From a virus (lineage: Duplodnaviria; Heunggongvirae; Uroviricota; Caudoviricetes), in the IMG/VR virus record IMGVR_UViG_3300049460_000121, positions 203,468 to 267,467 of that record: DNA of 64,000 nt; one strand, written 5' to 3'. Shown piece after piece: positions 1 to 8,819 of this stretch. Under the pieces are notes generated by a model. That model was given only the letters and a program-made list of their open reading frames with translations, searched no databases and was not told where the DNA came from. Position numbers and translations under genes: made by a program. Each line of letters starts with the position of its first letter. Within the stretch, counting starts at the first letter, position 1.

Positions 1-346
1 CTTGGGCGGACGGCAGGCCATCGGTGTGAGCGGCGGATTCGGTCGAAACCATGCGCAGGTATTCCGGAGCAGCACGGCCCAGGGATGCGATCATGGAAGC
101 TACGGCCATGCCGTTTGCGTTGCGGTATTCGCCAGCAGCTTGACCTGGTTCCAGGGCAGCGTGCAGGCCTTCAGCAACCTGGCTCAGGTCGAACGATTCG
201 AAGCTGCCGTCTTTAAGGGCTTTGGCGACGTCCATCGACTCGGTGCTGTACATCGAGGTCGATTGTTGGGCCGCTTTCAGGTCGGCAATGTTTACACCAG
301 TAGCACCGGAAAACCGGTTCTTACGTTTCAGCGAGAGAACACTCAT
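1..346 (-). CDS. hypothetical protein, N-terminal 115 aa (gene continues beyond window start)
   Basis: Minus-strand ATG at about 346 preceded by GGAG at SD spacing. Reads MSVLSLKRKNRFSGATGVNIADLKAAQQ.... Codon usage fits the rest of the genome. Not in ORF track because it runs off the window edge. Confidence 0.45.
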   Translation of the reverse strand, partial: MSVLSLKRKNRFSGATGVNIADLKAAQQSTSMYSTESMDVAKALKDGSFESFDLSQVAEGLHAALEPGQAAGEYRNANGMAVASMIASLGRAAPEYLRMVSTESAAHTDGLPSAQ

Positions 347-529
347 GGAAAAACTCCAAACGTTTGATTTATAGCCTAGGCTCTTTTGGATCGACGCCGT
401 CTAATCCCAGTCGACTGGAAGAAGCGATCCTTGTCCCGCATGGCGTAAGTTCTTGTAACTCGGTTTTGGAAACACGCCCATTGCGGGGCGATATATTTCC
501 TACATAAGAATACGCAGTACGCCCATGTA

Positions 530-994
530 TTAAATTTTGACAGAGGACAGATATCGTCTGAACGAATCTGATCCATGCGCTACCTTTCTTCCACAGTATT
601 GGGAGACAGCGCACAACAGTTCTTTCACAAGATTACTATCATCACCATCCGACAGCTCGACCAAGAAGATCTCACCCTCTGCTTTGCCCGCACGAATGGC
701 GAACTTGGTGAGGTTGAAATCCGGGATGGTCTTGCCTGCGTGATTCTGGCCATACAATGCGAACAGCGCATCGTCCTGGCTGTAGACCTCTCCATCCATC
801 ACATCAGGGAACTCGAAATCTTTATGAATCCCCATTTGCTGCAACTTGGTCCTTAGCATCGTATTAGCAAGACCGTACAACACAAGATCGTGCTGAGATA
901 CTATGCATTCCAATTTGTCGATATCCGTCTTGTAGTAATCAGCCACGGCCGTTAGCCAAGCTGGGACATACCGGACTTTCAATTTATCGTACAT
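530..994 (-). CDS. hypothetical protein (154 aa)
   Basis: Tracked ORF; GGAG SD before ATG; no recognisable motif. Confidence 0.55.
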   Translation of the reverse strand: MYDKLKVRYVPAWLTAVADYYKTDIDKLECIVSQHDLVLYGLANTMLRTKLQQMGIHKDFEFPDVMDGEVYSQDDALFALYGQNHAGKTIPDFNLTKFAIRAGKAEGEIFLVELSDGDDSNLVKELLCAVSQYCGRKVAHGSDSFRRYLSSVKI

Positions 995-1061
995 TTATAC
1001 ACTCCGCCTTTGACAGTTGCCACACTCGGTCAGTGAGTGATAGCAAGCGAGCTAATAGCCA

Positions 1062-2603
1062 ATGGAAATCAAATTATTACTACTGAAGGCTATCGGAGCC
1101 TCGTACTACTCGAGTCATGCCGCCAGACCTGACGCAGAGCCTGTACATTCGCTTCACGAAAAGCTCATGGAGCATTTGAAGCTGCCTGAGGACCCTCTCG
1201 AAACGAATCGTGAGAAGTCAGGTCTCGTGAAGCTGCGCAATGTCTTGATGTGGATGCACTTCAAGGGTCATAACGCCAAGCTGGATCTGGAAGATCTCCT
1301 CTCCAGAATTCGCGTAGCCTGCGGTGATAACGACCGCATGTACGATCTATTCCCCAAATCATTACTACCGGTGATAGATCCACTGGTTGCTGGGGAGAAG
1401 TACGACGAGCTGTCAGCTGAGCTATATGAGTTCGTAGCCATCGAACAATTCGTGGCCATGATGCGCTCTGTATCGCGCACCTTGGGCTTTGATCGTGAGA
1501 AGATCAAGGACATCAAAACGTACCGCGACGAGTTGATGACCAAGCTGCAAGAGCTGCCATTGGGTGGCAAACGCCGTGCAGCGCATGTGGCACGTATCAT
1601 CGACATCAGTGACATGCAGTCGGTAGAAGACGTCTACCACATGGCGCAGACAGCGATCGATCCACGGGCTATCCTCCAGTACGGTTTCAAGGCAATGAAC
1701 CGGATGACGGGTGACCAGGGCGGCGCACGGCGTGGCGAATGGTTGAACGTCTCGGCACTGCCTGGTCAGAACAAGTCCGGTAACCTGCTCGACATCTTTA
1801 TCGCCATGTGTCTGTTCAACAGTCCGGTGCTGTTCGACGAGACCAAGCGCCCGCTGCACGTCTATACCACCATCGAAGACAAACTCGAACTGGTGTTCCA
1901 GAAGCTGTACGTCATCCTGATGCAACAGGAACACGGTCTCCCTGTGAAGATCCGTGGTCTGAAACCATCCGAGATGGCCGAGTACGTGAAACTGCGTCTC
2001 GAAGCCAATGGCTGGAACGTACGGTTCGTGGAATTCCCGAACGGCGCTGATTCCGAGATCTACCTCGATATCCTCAAAGGGTTCGAAGAAGAAGGTTTCG
2101 AAATCGTGTCGGCTGGTTGCGACTACGTGAACCTGATCGGCAAGATGGGCATCCCGCAGATGACAGCGGGCGATGAAGTACAAGGTCTGCACCGGAAGCT
2201 GCGTGGCTTTACATCCCCGCACAACATCTTCCACTACACCGCTCACCAACTTTCTACAGATGCCAAGACTCTTGCGCGTCAGTTCCCTGATGACTACGTG
2301 CGTAAGCTCCCAGGGAAAGGCTACTACGAAGGTTGTAAGAAGTTGGATACAGAGTTCGACTTCGAGTACATCGTTGCTAAAACGGTGTCTGGCGGCGCTA
2401 CATGGCAGGAGTTCCAATGGTCGAAGCATCGGAAGATGGGCGCAACCGATGAAGCGGCGAAATACTTCTGCTTGAAGTTCCTTGAACTGCCAATGATCGG
2501 GTTCAAGTACGATGTGAATTTGGACATCGACACCAGCTACCGCAAGGTTGGTGCTCGTACAGCCGGTCCTGATGCTGGGGCTGAGTGGTCAGACTTCGAA
2601 TAA
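1062..2603 (+). CDS. hypothetical protein (513 aa)
   Basis: Long plus-strand ORF with coherent codon usage. The antisense 335-aa ORF looks like a shadow. Followed immediately by a convergent terminator. Possible TTGACA -35 box in the upstream region. Confidence 0.6.
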   Translation: MEIKLLLLKAIGASYYSSHAARPDAEPVHSLHEKLMEHLKLPEDPLETNREKSGLVKLRNVLMWMHFKGHNAKLDLEDLLSRIRVACGDNDRMYDLFPKSLLPVIDPLVAGEKYDELSAELYEFVAIEQFVAMMRSVSRTLGFDREKIKDIKTYRDELMTKLQELPLGGKRRAAHVARIIDISDMQSVEDVYHMAQTAIDPRAILQYGFKAMNRMTGDQGGARRGEWLNVSALPGQNKSGNLLDIFIAMCLFNSPVLFDETKRPLHVYTTIEDKLELVFQKLYVILMQQEHGLPVKIRGLKPSEMAEYVKLRLEANGWNVRFVEFPNGADSEIYLDILKGFEEEGFEIVSAGCDYVNLIGKMGIPQMTAGDEVQGLHRKLRGFTSPHNIFHYTAHQLSTDAKTLARQFPDDYVRKLPGKGYYEGCKKLDTEFDFEYIVAKTVSGGATWQEFQWSKHRKMGATDEAAKYFCLKFLELPMIGFKYDVNLDIDTSYRKVGARTAGPDAGAEWSDFE

Positions 2604-2605
2604 AC

Positions 2606-2657
2606 ACAAAAAAAGAAAGGCACACTCGGAGGAGCCTGCGCTCCTCCGTTTATGCTG
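2606..2657. terminator. stereotyped convergent terminator T1: A-tract ACAAAAAAAGAAAGG, hairpin CGGAGGAGC-ctgc-GCTCCTCCG, then TTTATGCTG
   Basis: Read on the minus strand it is CAGCATAAA, then the hairpin, then CCTTTCTTTTTTTGT. Sits between the plus gene end (2603) and the minus gene end (2664). Confidence 0.65.
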
Positions 2658-2663
2658 CGAACC

Positions 2664-2813
2664 CTATTTGGATTCTGCTTCCTTTCCAGTACCACCGCAG
2701 TGGCTGCAAACTTTAGCTTCTTCAAGCTTCCGTGCAGTGGCGGCTTCTGACCGCGCTTTGCAGTACAGGTAGCCGATGCCGATACCAGTGAACAACAGGG
2801 CGATCTCTTTCAT
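2664..2813 (-). CDS. small membrane protein (49 aa; TM helix; CxxC)
   Basis: Hand-called (below track size cutoff). MKEIALLFTGIGIGYLYCKARSEAATARKLEEAKVCSHCGGTGKEAESK. The start overlaps the upstream stop as ATGA. Confidence 0.4.
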   Translation of the reverse strand: MKEIALLFTGIGIGYLYCKARSEAATARKLEEAKVCSHCGGTGKEAESK

Positions 2814-2974
2814 GCTGCTTCTCCTTTCGCGTTAACTTCTGCGCGTGCTTTCTCGGCTGCATCAGCAGCGGCTTGTACTGCTTTGGAACCCTGACGGCTA
2901 CCAACGAACCCGCCGATAGTACCAGCTGCCCAACCGGCTACCAGAACCAGACCTACCAATTTGAATGCATTCAT
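2810..2974 (-). CDS. small membrane protein (54 aa; one TM helix)
   Basis: Hand-called. MNAFKLVGLVLVAGWAAGTIGGFVGSRQGSKAVQAAADAAEKARAEVNAKGEAA. ATGA overlap at both ends. Confidence 0.4.
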   Translation of the reverse strand: MNAFKLVGLVLVAGWAAGTIGGFVGSRQGSKAVQAAADAAEKARAEVNAKGEAA

Positions 2975-3171
2975 TTTACTTCTCCCATCATTTTATCGAG
3001 TTCTGCTTCGGTTGCGAAGATGGTGCGTTCCAGCGGTTCACCACGAGCATCGAGGTAAACAAACTTAATGGCGCGGCGATTGTAGTCGCGGCAGGTCGTG
3101 TATGACCAGGCAGCCAGCTTAACAGCGGCGACGGCAGCGATGCCGACTTTAACGGCGTTAAGAATACTCAT
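2971..3171 (-). CDS. small membrane protein (66 aa; N-terminal TM/signal helix)
   Basis: Tracked ORF; GGAG SD 8 nt upstream; first gene of a three-gene overlapping operon. Confidence 0.55.
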   Translation of the reverse strand: MSILNAVKVGIAAVAAVKLAAWSYTTCRDYNRRAIKFVYLDARGEPLERTIFATEAELDKMMGEVK

Positions 3172-3190
3172 ATGTCATACTCCTGCAATA

Positions 3191-3232
3191 CTTCAGTGGG
3201 ATTGTTCATGCTGACTATGTATGACTGAAGGA
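3191..3232 (-). promoter_or_regulatory. conserved promoter-like motif, minus orientation (TTCAGTCATACATAGTCAGCATGAACAATCCCACTG)
   Basis: One of about 8 copies in the window. Lies about 55 nt upstream of the minus-strand ATG at 3171. Confidence 0.5.
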
Positions 3233-3247
3233 TTTTTGGATACGTTT

Positions 3248-3268
3248 TATATGAGTTAACTCACCACC
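3248..3268 (+). promoter_or_regulatory. conserved motif TATATGAGTTAACTCACCACC containing the perfect palindrome TGAGTTAACTCA; candidate operator/promoter for 3286..4470
   Basis: The same ATGAGTTAAC...CCACC motif with identical 35-nt spacing to the ATG is found upstream of the helicase gene at 27386. Confidence 0.45.
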
Positions 3269-3285
3269 GTATAAAGGATTGCGTC

Positions 3286-4470
3286 ATGAACGATCTGTTG
3301 CAACAACACATCAGCCAGCACTTCGCCCCTGTAGTCTCGCTGGAAGCCTTCGATCCGATGGAGATGGTTTCCTTCGAAGCAGCAATGCACGAAGACATCG
3401 GTAAGCTTGGTCGCTCCATGGCCATGGCTAGCGCCATCGAACAACTGGACGAGACCACTCTGTCCAACGAAGCCTACCAGGTAGCGATCGAGTCGATCTT
3501 TACCACCGCAGAAGTTGAGATCCCGGTTTCGGCCGTGGTTCCTTCTTTCGAATCCAGCCAGTCCCTGGTTGTGGCTACCGGTTCCGACGCCGAAGCCAAG
3601 ACCTCGAAGAAGAAAGGCATCCTGAAGCGCATCTGGGACTTCATCAAAGGCCTGTGGGCTAAACTGAAGGCCAAGCTCGCAAGCTGGTTCAGCCGGAAGA
3701 AGCAGGCGGTAACCGTTCTGCAACTTCAGCAGACCAAGATGGAACACGCCGCTCAAGCGATCGGTTACAAGTTCGGTGGTGAAGCTGTCGCCATCGGCGG
3801 TGAAGCCGGTGCTGGTGAGCCTGCCAAGCAAGGCGCTATCGGCTACCAGGCTGGTAAAGTGTTGCGTATCGGTATCCTTGGCAAGAACCCAGCCGACGTG
3901 GCCAAAGGTGCCGACCAAGTCGCTGGCGCTTCGCTGAAGCTGACCCACGCAGCAGAACAGGCCTTCGAGAAGTTGCTGACTCTCGATTACACCAAGTTCG
4001 TTTCGGACTACACCAACGAAATCAGCAAGCAGGTGTCCAACCACAAGGAAGTCGTTACCCTGCCATCCGGCGGTCACGCTGACTTCTGGATCGGTCGTAC
4101 CGGTGCTCAAGTGATCGTTCAAGGCGGCGGTCATGACAGCTACGATGTCAAAGACCCGTCCCAGATCCCAGTGCGTGAACTGCTGCATTCTCGTGCTGCA
4201 ATGGTAAACGCGTTGGACGTCAACGCCAAGACCATGGACAAACACCAGTCCAAACTGAAGATGCTCGACGACATCGCTAACGCGGAGTGGAAGAAGATCG
4301 ACAGCTACGGCATGGACGATCAAGAAGCTCTGGGTAAATCCAGCCGCTTTGCCAACTCGTTGCAGATCGGCATCAACCTGGCCACGCGCCTGCTGGCTTG
4401 CCCAGTAGAACGCATCCTGGATCCAGGTATCCACGAAGTGGACGTTTGCCTGGGCGCTCGCGGCGTTTAA
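3286..4470 (+). CDS. hypothetical protein (394 aa) with strongly cationic amphipathic helix (KKKGILKRIWDFIKGLWAKLKAKLASWFSRKKQ)
   Basis: Tracked ORF; AAGGA SD; high GC3. The antisense 392-aa ORF was rejected. A terminator follows directly. Confidence 0.6.
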   Translation: MNDLLQQHISQHFAPVVSLEAFDPMEMVSFEAAMHEDIGKLGRSMAMASAIEQLDETTLSNEAYQVAIESIFTTAEVEIPVSAVVPSFESSQSLVVATGSDAEAKTSKKKGILKRIWDFIKGLWAKLKAKLASWFSRKKQAVTVLQLQQTKMEHAAQAIGYKFGGEAVAIGGEAGAGEPAKQGAIGYQAGKVLRIGILGKNPADVAKGADQVAGASLKLTHAAEQAFEKLLTLDYTKFVSDYTNEISKQVSNHKEVVTLPSGGHADFWIGRTGAQVIVQGGGHDSYDVKDPSQIPVRELLHSRAAMVNALDVNAKTMDKHQSKLKMLDDIANAEWKKIDSYGMDDQEALGKSSRFANSLQIGINLATRLLACPVERILDPGIHEVDVCLGARGV

Positions 4471-4472
4471 GC

Positions 4473-4522
4473 AAAAAAAGAAAGGGCATAGAGCCGGGGC
4501 ACTACGCCCCGGCTCTATGCTG
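4473..4522. terminator. stereotyped convergent terminator T2 (GCAAAAAAAGAAAGGG, then hairpin ATAGAGCCGGGGC-acta-CGCCCCGGCTCTAT, then GCTG)
   Basis: Sits between the plus gene end at 4470 and the minus gene end at 4524. The minus-strand reading ends CCCTTTCTTTTTTTGC. Confidence 0.7.
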
Positions 4523-4523
4523 T

Positions 4524-5255
4524 CTATTCCCTGCTGCGTTGCAGGAACTTAGTGATATCCTGAATCATCATCTCGGCGAGGTTGAATATAGATTCGTGGA
4601 TGCGGATTTGTTTACCCGCCCCAGTCGCCATAGCCGCGTCACTCTCATCACGGGCTTGCATAACCTCAAGCCCTACAGAGCGTACGTACTCGAAGAATGG
4701 ACCAGGCTCACCCAACATGATGCCAGACAGATACTCTTTCTTCAGTATCTCATCCATGGTGGGTATCACGTACGGCTTGATGGCAGGCTCCTCCACCATG
4801 TGTTGCAACACTACCCCATGACCTACTTCCTCCAATATAGGAGGCATCGGACATTCCGAGGTTCTGTTGCGCACCATCTCCCAAGGACGATATTGAGGGA
4901 ATCTCTTATCGATGTCTTGGATGAATGGTGGGTAAGCGTCCAGCAACCACTTCAGGACCTCTTCCAGGCGACGATTACGGAAGTGGGTATAACCTTCCAC
5001 CCATTCCCGTGCTTCAGCGAACGTACAGCCCAACCGCGCCTTCTCAGCGTACATCAAGGTATGGCCGTAGTATTTCACTGCATGCCAGTAGGTTAGCTTG
5101 ATCACCCCATCCACCAGATGCCAGGCAGGGATGAGTGGACGGAGCCCAGGCATCATGCCAGTCTGGAGTTGTTCACGAGTGTAAAGCAAACCTTCCGGGA
5201 TTGGAGTGTCTGGATTACCACCCGGTGCTGCATTACTGTTATTACGCTTAGCCAT
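4524..5255 (-). CDS. hypothetical protein (243 aa)
   Basis: Tracked ORF. Start moved to the second Met, which has a GGAGGT SD 6 nt upstream. I considered ThyX similarity and rejected it because there is no RHR motif. Confidence 0.5.
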   Translation of the reverse strand: MAKRNNSNAAPGGNPDTPIPEGLLYTREQLQTGMMPGLRPLIPAWHLVDGVIKLTYWHAVKYYGHTLMYAEKARLGCTFAEAREWVEGYTHFRNRRLEEVLKWLLDAYPPFIQDIDKRFPQYRPWEMVRNRTSECPMPPILEEVGHGVVLQHMVEEPAIKPYVIPTMDEILKKEYLSGIMLGEPGPFFEYVRSVGLEVMQARDESDAAMATGAGKQIRIHESIFNLAEMMIQDITKFLQRSRE

Positions 5256-5279
5256 CGCGACCTCCACGGTCTCAGGGTG

Positions 5280-5660
5280 TTAGTGTTTGGTCTTACGGGA
5301 GATGTAACCCATCAGCAGATCCAGCGCTTGCCGCCCACCTGCGTAGCGAATTACGTCCCCGGAGAGATTCTTGTACTCCTCAACCGGTGTGGCTTCAGCC
5401 ACCGATGTGAAGTAACGACCCATGTCGGAGCGTTCATCTTCAGTGAAGTCACCCAGCAGGACCAGGTGAACGTCATCGCACTGGTTGACCGAATCATCCA
5501 TCTGGAAGATCCGACCGAAGCACAGCCCCACCTTGATCTCAGCACCGGTGATGGTGCCACCCAACTGCATGCCCTCGAAGGCCTTGATGCCGTCGATGAT
5601 CGGCTTGCCATCCGCCTGGACAACCTTGTGCCGCTTACTCATTGCAATTACATAAAGCAT
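5280..5660 (-). CDS. hypothetical protein (126 aa)
   Basis: Tracked ORF; GAGGAG SD upstream of ATG. Confidence 0.5.
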   Translation of the reverse strand: MLYVIAMSKRHKVVQADGKPIIDGIKAFEGMQLGGTITGAEIKVGLCFGRIFQMDDSVNQCDDVHLVLLGDFTEDERSDMGRYFTSVAEATPVEEYKNLSGDVIRYAGGRQALDLLMGYISRKTKH

Positions 5661-5676
5661 ATTTCGACTCCTCAGT

Positions 5677-5710
5677 CATAAAGCCTAGATGGGGGTATCC
5701 CATCTAGGCA
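5677..5710 (-). terminator. CATAAAG-hairpin variant of the stereotyped terminator (CCTAGATGGG-ggtat-CCCATCTAGG)
   Basis: Sits between minus genes 5715..5927 and 5280..5660. The same CATAAAG-plus-hairpin form recurs at about 23452, 24072 and 38371. Confidence 0.45.
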
Positions 5711-5714
5711 GTCA

Positions 5715-5927
5715 CTAGCCGCAACTATGACCCGACGATGCCGGATCAGGGTAACTCATCACACCGGCGCTGAGCGCCTGCTCGTACGACACGCACCCAG
5801 GTTCTGGTTTGCGATCCTCGTAGACCACACTAACCAGAACACCCACACTGAAAACCGCACCCAGTATCCAGAGGAGGGTGTTGGATTCAGCGACCATGAT
5901 GTCCATGTCCTTCTCACGCTTTACCAT
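5715..5927 (-). CDS. small membrane protein (70 aa; TM LLWILGAVFSVGVLVSVV)
   Basis: Tracked ORF. The start overlaps the upstream gene end (ATGGTAA). Confidence 0.4.
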   Translation of the reverse strand: MVKREKDMDIMVAESNTLLWILGAVFSVGVLVSVVYEDRKPEPGCVSYEQALSAGVMSYPDPASSGHSCG

Positions 5928-6100
5928 CCGAAGACCCTCGTAGCAATCAGATACCCGAGAGTACCGATGGTTGCGATGAAGATCACGATGGGACAGACGC
6001 GCTTGGCCAACTGTTCACGTTGATAAGCCTTGCGACGGCGATTCAGTTTGCCGTAGATGTAGGTGGTATCGATGTCGAGATGAGGGTAACGGTTCTGCAT
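5921..6100 (-). CDS. small membrane protein (59 aa; C-terminal TM)
   Basis: Hand-called. AGGAAG SD. MQNRYPHLDIDTTYIYGKLNRRRKAYQREQLAKRVCPIVIFIATIGTLGYLIATRVFGW. Confidence 0.4.
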   Translation of the reverse strand: MQNRYPHLDIDTTYIYGKLNRRRKAYQREQLAKRVCPIVIFIATIGTLGYLIATRVFGW

Positions 6101-6138
6101 GATGTTTCTTCCTTAGTAAGTTGGCGTCAGAGTTAGGG

Positions 6139-6684
6139 TCAGTGTTGCAGGCCTATTTCTGCTGCCGCATTACGGAACTGACGGGTGAATGAATCCACGG
6201 CGTTGGTTCGTTTGAAGGGTTCGCTGTCAATACGGATCATGGAGAGCTTGTCGAACTTGTACTCCAGCTTCCATTCTTCGGTCACGGCTGTGTTGAATGT
6301 CTGGGCGTCAAGCTTGTTGTCGAACTTGTGGTAGTTCTTACGCAGCGGATCACGCACCACGTAGAACCCACCCACTTCACGGACCACAGAACTGTGATCT
6401 GGTACCTTACGCATCAAGTGGCGGATGCGTGGCAGCATGCGGCGATTCAACAGGAAGGTTAATGAATCTTCCCGTGCTTCAACCGCCAACTCAAAGGCGT
6501 CAATGGCGCCGTGCTTCTTGCAGCTGAACGACTTGGACGACCAGTTGTCTTGGTCGTTGATCACCCATGCGTTCCAGCGTTCAGTTACTTCCGAGTAGCT
6601 CACACCGCACGGAGCGGTGAGTACTTTGGAAACGCCACCTTCAGATACAACTACTTTACGGTTGTCGAGTTTGAATACTGCCAT
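6139..6684 (-). CDS. hypothetical protein (181 aa)
   Basis: Tracked ORF. Start set to the ATG preceded by GGAGGA; the track begins at an upstream GTG. Confidence 0.55.
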   Translation of the reverse strand: MAVFKLDNRKVVVSEGGVSKVLTAPCGVSYSEVTERWNAWVINDQDNWSSKSFSCKKHGAIDAFELAVEAREDSLTFLLNRRMLPRIRHLMRKVPDHSSVVREVGGFYVVRDPLRKNYHKFDNKLDAQTFNTAVTEEWKLEYKFDKLSMIRIDSEPFKRTNAVDSFTRQFRNAAAEIGLQH

Positions 6685-6748
6685 GATGCTGTCCTCCACG
6701 GACGTCCTATTCGGACTAACTTTTCAGTTTGAGTTTATTGCGAGCTGG

Positions 6749-7090
6749 TCAAAGTTGACCGGCTGTAACCTGGGTGCCATGGCAGCGCCAACCTTTACTG
6801 ATCATGAACTCAGAAGGGTTGAAGCGGCGGACGTCGTCAAGCTCTTTACCAGGGAACAGTTCGTCGATGATGGCCTGGTCACCACAGATGGTGCGCAGGT
6901 CCTTCTCGAACGTGACGCGTTCTGGACGGGTCCAGATGTCTTCCAGTTTGCCATAGACGCGGATGTAATCACGGGATCCATCCTTGAAGCGGATGGTGCA
7001 ACTCCCTATGCGTCGATTCAGTTTGGTGGTTTCGCCAGCTGCTTCCAGCTGGAGTTTCACCCCGTGTAATTCCCGTGTTACGGAAGTCAT
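6749..7090 (-). CDS. hypothetical protein (113 aa)
   Basis: Tracked ORF. Start moved to MTSVTR, which has a GAGGAA SD. Confidence 0.5.
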   Translation of the reverse strand: MTSVTRELHGVKLQLEAAGETTKLNRRIGSCTIRFKDGSRDYIRVYGKLEDIWTRPERVTFEKDLRTICGDQAIIDELFPGKELDDVRRFNPSEFMISKGWRCHGTQVTAGQL

Positions 7091-7164
7091 GATTGATTCC
7101 TCAGATGGTGAAGTACGATACACACATTACATCAGTAGCCTGTGTATATTTTTATTGTCAACGT

Positions 7165-7196
7165 CAAGACCACAATGTACGACTCAAAGAAAGTTG
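7165..7196 (-). promoter_or_regulatory. promoter-like motif copy (minus reading TTTGAGTCGTACATTGTGGTCTTGACG)
   Basis: Variant of the conserved motif. Lies in the divergent region between the minus gene at 7090 and the plus array starting at 7232. Confidence 0.4.
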
Positions 7197-7208
7197 AATC
7201 GAAAACAT

Positions 7209-7235
7209 CCTATGACTCAGGTTAACTCCACATGG
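7209..7235. promoter_or_regulatory. GAGTTAAC-containing motif (CCTATGACTCAGGTTAACTCCACATGG) in the divergent region before the paralogue array
   Basis: Shares the GAGTTAAC core with the motifs at 3248 and 27349. Confidence 0.3.
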
Positions 7236-7756
7236 ACACACATATGGACGATAAACAGCAATTAATCGACATGATTGTGTCGAAGAACCTGGAGGTAATC
7301 GAAGCCAACAATGTCGTGCTAGATGCGAGTTCCCTGGTACTCACTCTCCCAAGTGCAGGCGACTATAATGGGGCCAACACAGTTGTAATGGCCTCAGCAG
7401 TGCACGAAAAGGTCGAAGGTGACCAGGTCTTCTATTACAACCGGTTAACGGAAGTGTTATTCCGGGAAGCGTTAGGCAATCCAACGATATTGATTCCCGT
7501 GGATTGTCAGACGCCGCAACAGTTAAAGACTTACTTCGCCACTGAGTTCGGCGTGTTTCTAGATCTTGAGCACGTTAAGTCAGCACAAAGGCAACAATCC
7601 CAGTGGGTATTGAAGTTCTGGGAGTGGTCCTATACGTGGTTGGGGACATTCTCCCTTGACGCTGAGGTAGATCCAGATAACCCAATCCTGACGGACCTGA
7701 AAGACGTTCTCACCAAAACCCGTCTGGATGGCCTCTACTATCCTGATAACGGGTGA
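7232..7756 (+). CDS. paralogue family A member (174 aa, N-domain type)
   Basis: Family-A N-terminal motif: L..LI...N, then a T-rich strand, then Y.NRL. First gene of the plus-strand array; no clear SD. Confidence 0.5.
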   Translation: MDTHMDDKQQLIDMIVSKNLEVIEANNVVLDASSLVLTLPSAGDYNGANTVVMASAVHEKVEGDQVFYYNRLTEVLFREALGNPTILIPVDCQTPQQLKTYFATEFGVFLDLEHVKSAQRQQSQWVLKFWEWSYTWLGTFSLDAEVDPDNPILTDLKDVLTKTRLDGLYYPDNG

Positions 7757-8247
7757 GTGCCGTGGATACAACGTACGATTACACCAAGCCTGAACTCGCT
7801 CTTATGTTTGACGTCCTCAGACATTCGAATGATAAGTTCCCGATAGATCCAACCGAGCTTTCGTGGAGCGAACCAACCGCAGTATACCCTCCGACCCACA
7901 AAGGACGTGATACGTCCATTGAGGCGACGATTGTGAACAGCGATCGTTACAGAGGGAAAGGGACCTACTACTACCTGCGTGTACCGCTGAGGCAGTTGAC
8001 CCCACGATGCGGCATGATTCCACGAATCGTGATCGGGAAGCGTCCGAGTCTCTATGAGAATTTGACGTACATCAACGCCGCCCTATCTCTCAACCTTGAG
8101 CAGGTATCGGTGGACGACATCGACCTTAATTCGTTGTCGGTGAACGCATCGGACTGGACCCTGGTTCGGATCTTTGCAAAGGCTACTTCGCGGGTCTATT
8201 CGGACTCTGTACGACTCTACCTTAAACGGGACAATAGCCTCGTTTAA
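7753..8247 (+). CDS. paralogue family A member (164 aa)
   Basis: GTG start overlapping the upstream stop (GTGA). Weak family-A pattern. Confidence 0.45.
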   Translation: MSAVDTTYDYTKPELALMFDVLRHSNDKFPIDPTELSWSEPTAVYPPTHKGRDTSIEATIVNSDRYRGKGTYYYLRVPLRQLTPRCGMIPRIVIGKRPSLYENLTYINAALSLNLEQVSVDDIDLNSLSVNASDWTLVRIFAKATSRVYSDSVRLYLKRDNSLV

Positions 8248-8291
8248 GCTCGATCCTATGTAGAACACCCGCCCTACTGAAGGAACCCGCG

Positions 8292-8819
8292 ATGGCGAAG
8301 CACATCAGCGACTTTAGCAAGTTGCCGTTGGAGATCGTTTTCGATCTTATCAATGAGCAAAACGGTTCGGCGCTCAACAACACAGAGGTGGTGTTGGGTC
8401 AACCGACCGTAGCCACCGGCAGCGGTGGTTATAACACTGACATTTTAGTCACTGCCCGGCCGAATGGTCGTTATGAAGGTTCTGTTAGCCTCGGCTATAA
8501 CCGTCTGGATGTGGTAGGTTTCCTGTTTGGCGATACCATCACCCTTACCCTGGGTGATGCAACGAACGTTTCGGACCTGATCCCTGAGATCAATACGAAG
8601 CTCAGAGCCAACCTCACTACGGATGACTTCGTAGACGCGCCTATCGGGACGTGGACGGGAACACCAGGCGAGACTAAGCAGCTCACCATCCAGATGAAGC
8701 CTACCAGCTTAGTCTTTATCGGCGAGTTGGCGCTGACAGTGCATGTCGACGATATCCCGTTGGGTGATGTCATTGTCATCAGCGCCCTGCCGGGTCTGAT
8801 TTACCAACCACCTGCCTGA
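8292..8819 (+). CDS. paralogue family A member (175 aa)
   Basis: GAAGGAAC SD. The N-domain LPLEIVFDLINEQN...NTDILVTA...GYNRLDV is clearly shared with its neighbours. Confidence 0.6.
   Translation: MAKHISDFSKLPLEIVFDLINEQNGSALNNTEVVLGQPTVATGSGGYNTDILVTARPNGRYEGSVSLGYNRLDVVGFLFGDTITLTLGDATNVSDLIPEINTKLRANLTTDDFVDAPIGTWTGTPGETKQLTIQMKPTSLVFIGELALTVHVDDIPLGDVIVISALPGLIYQPPA

Noticed and set aside
1422-2429. 335-aa minus-strand ORF inside 1062..2603
   Set aside because: It is antisense to a better plus-strand ORF, with a Cys/Arg/His-rich junk-like composition.
2606-2657. AAAAAAGAAAGG-hairpin-TATGCTG as a plus-strand promoter or RBS element
   Set aside because: The elements lie downstream of plus-strand genes and directly abut minus-strand stop codons. 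On the minus strand they read as hairpin plus CCTTTCTTTTTT, a canonical intrinsic terminator.
3256-4434. 392-aa minus-strand ORF antisense to 3286..4470
   Set aside because: It is a shadow ORF. The plus-strand frame has an SD, genome-typical GC3 and a downstream terminator. The minus-frame product is Arg/His/Val-rich and has no SD.
4524-5255. Possible flavin-dependent thymidylate synthase (ThyX)
   Set aside because: Size and a few residues suggested it, but the diagnostic RHR...S...RY motif is absent, so I left it as hypothetical.
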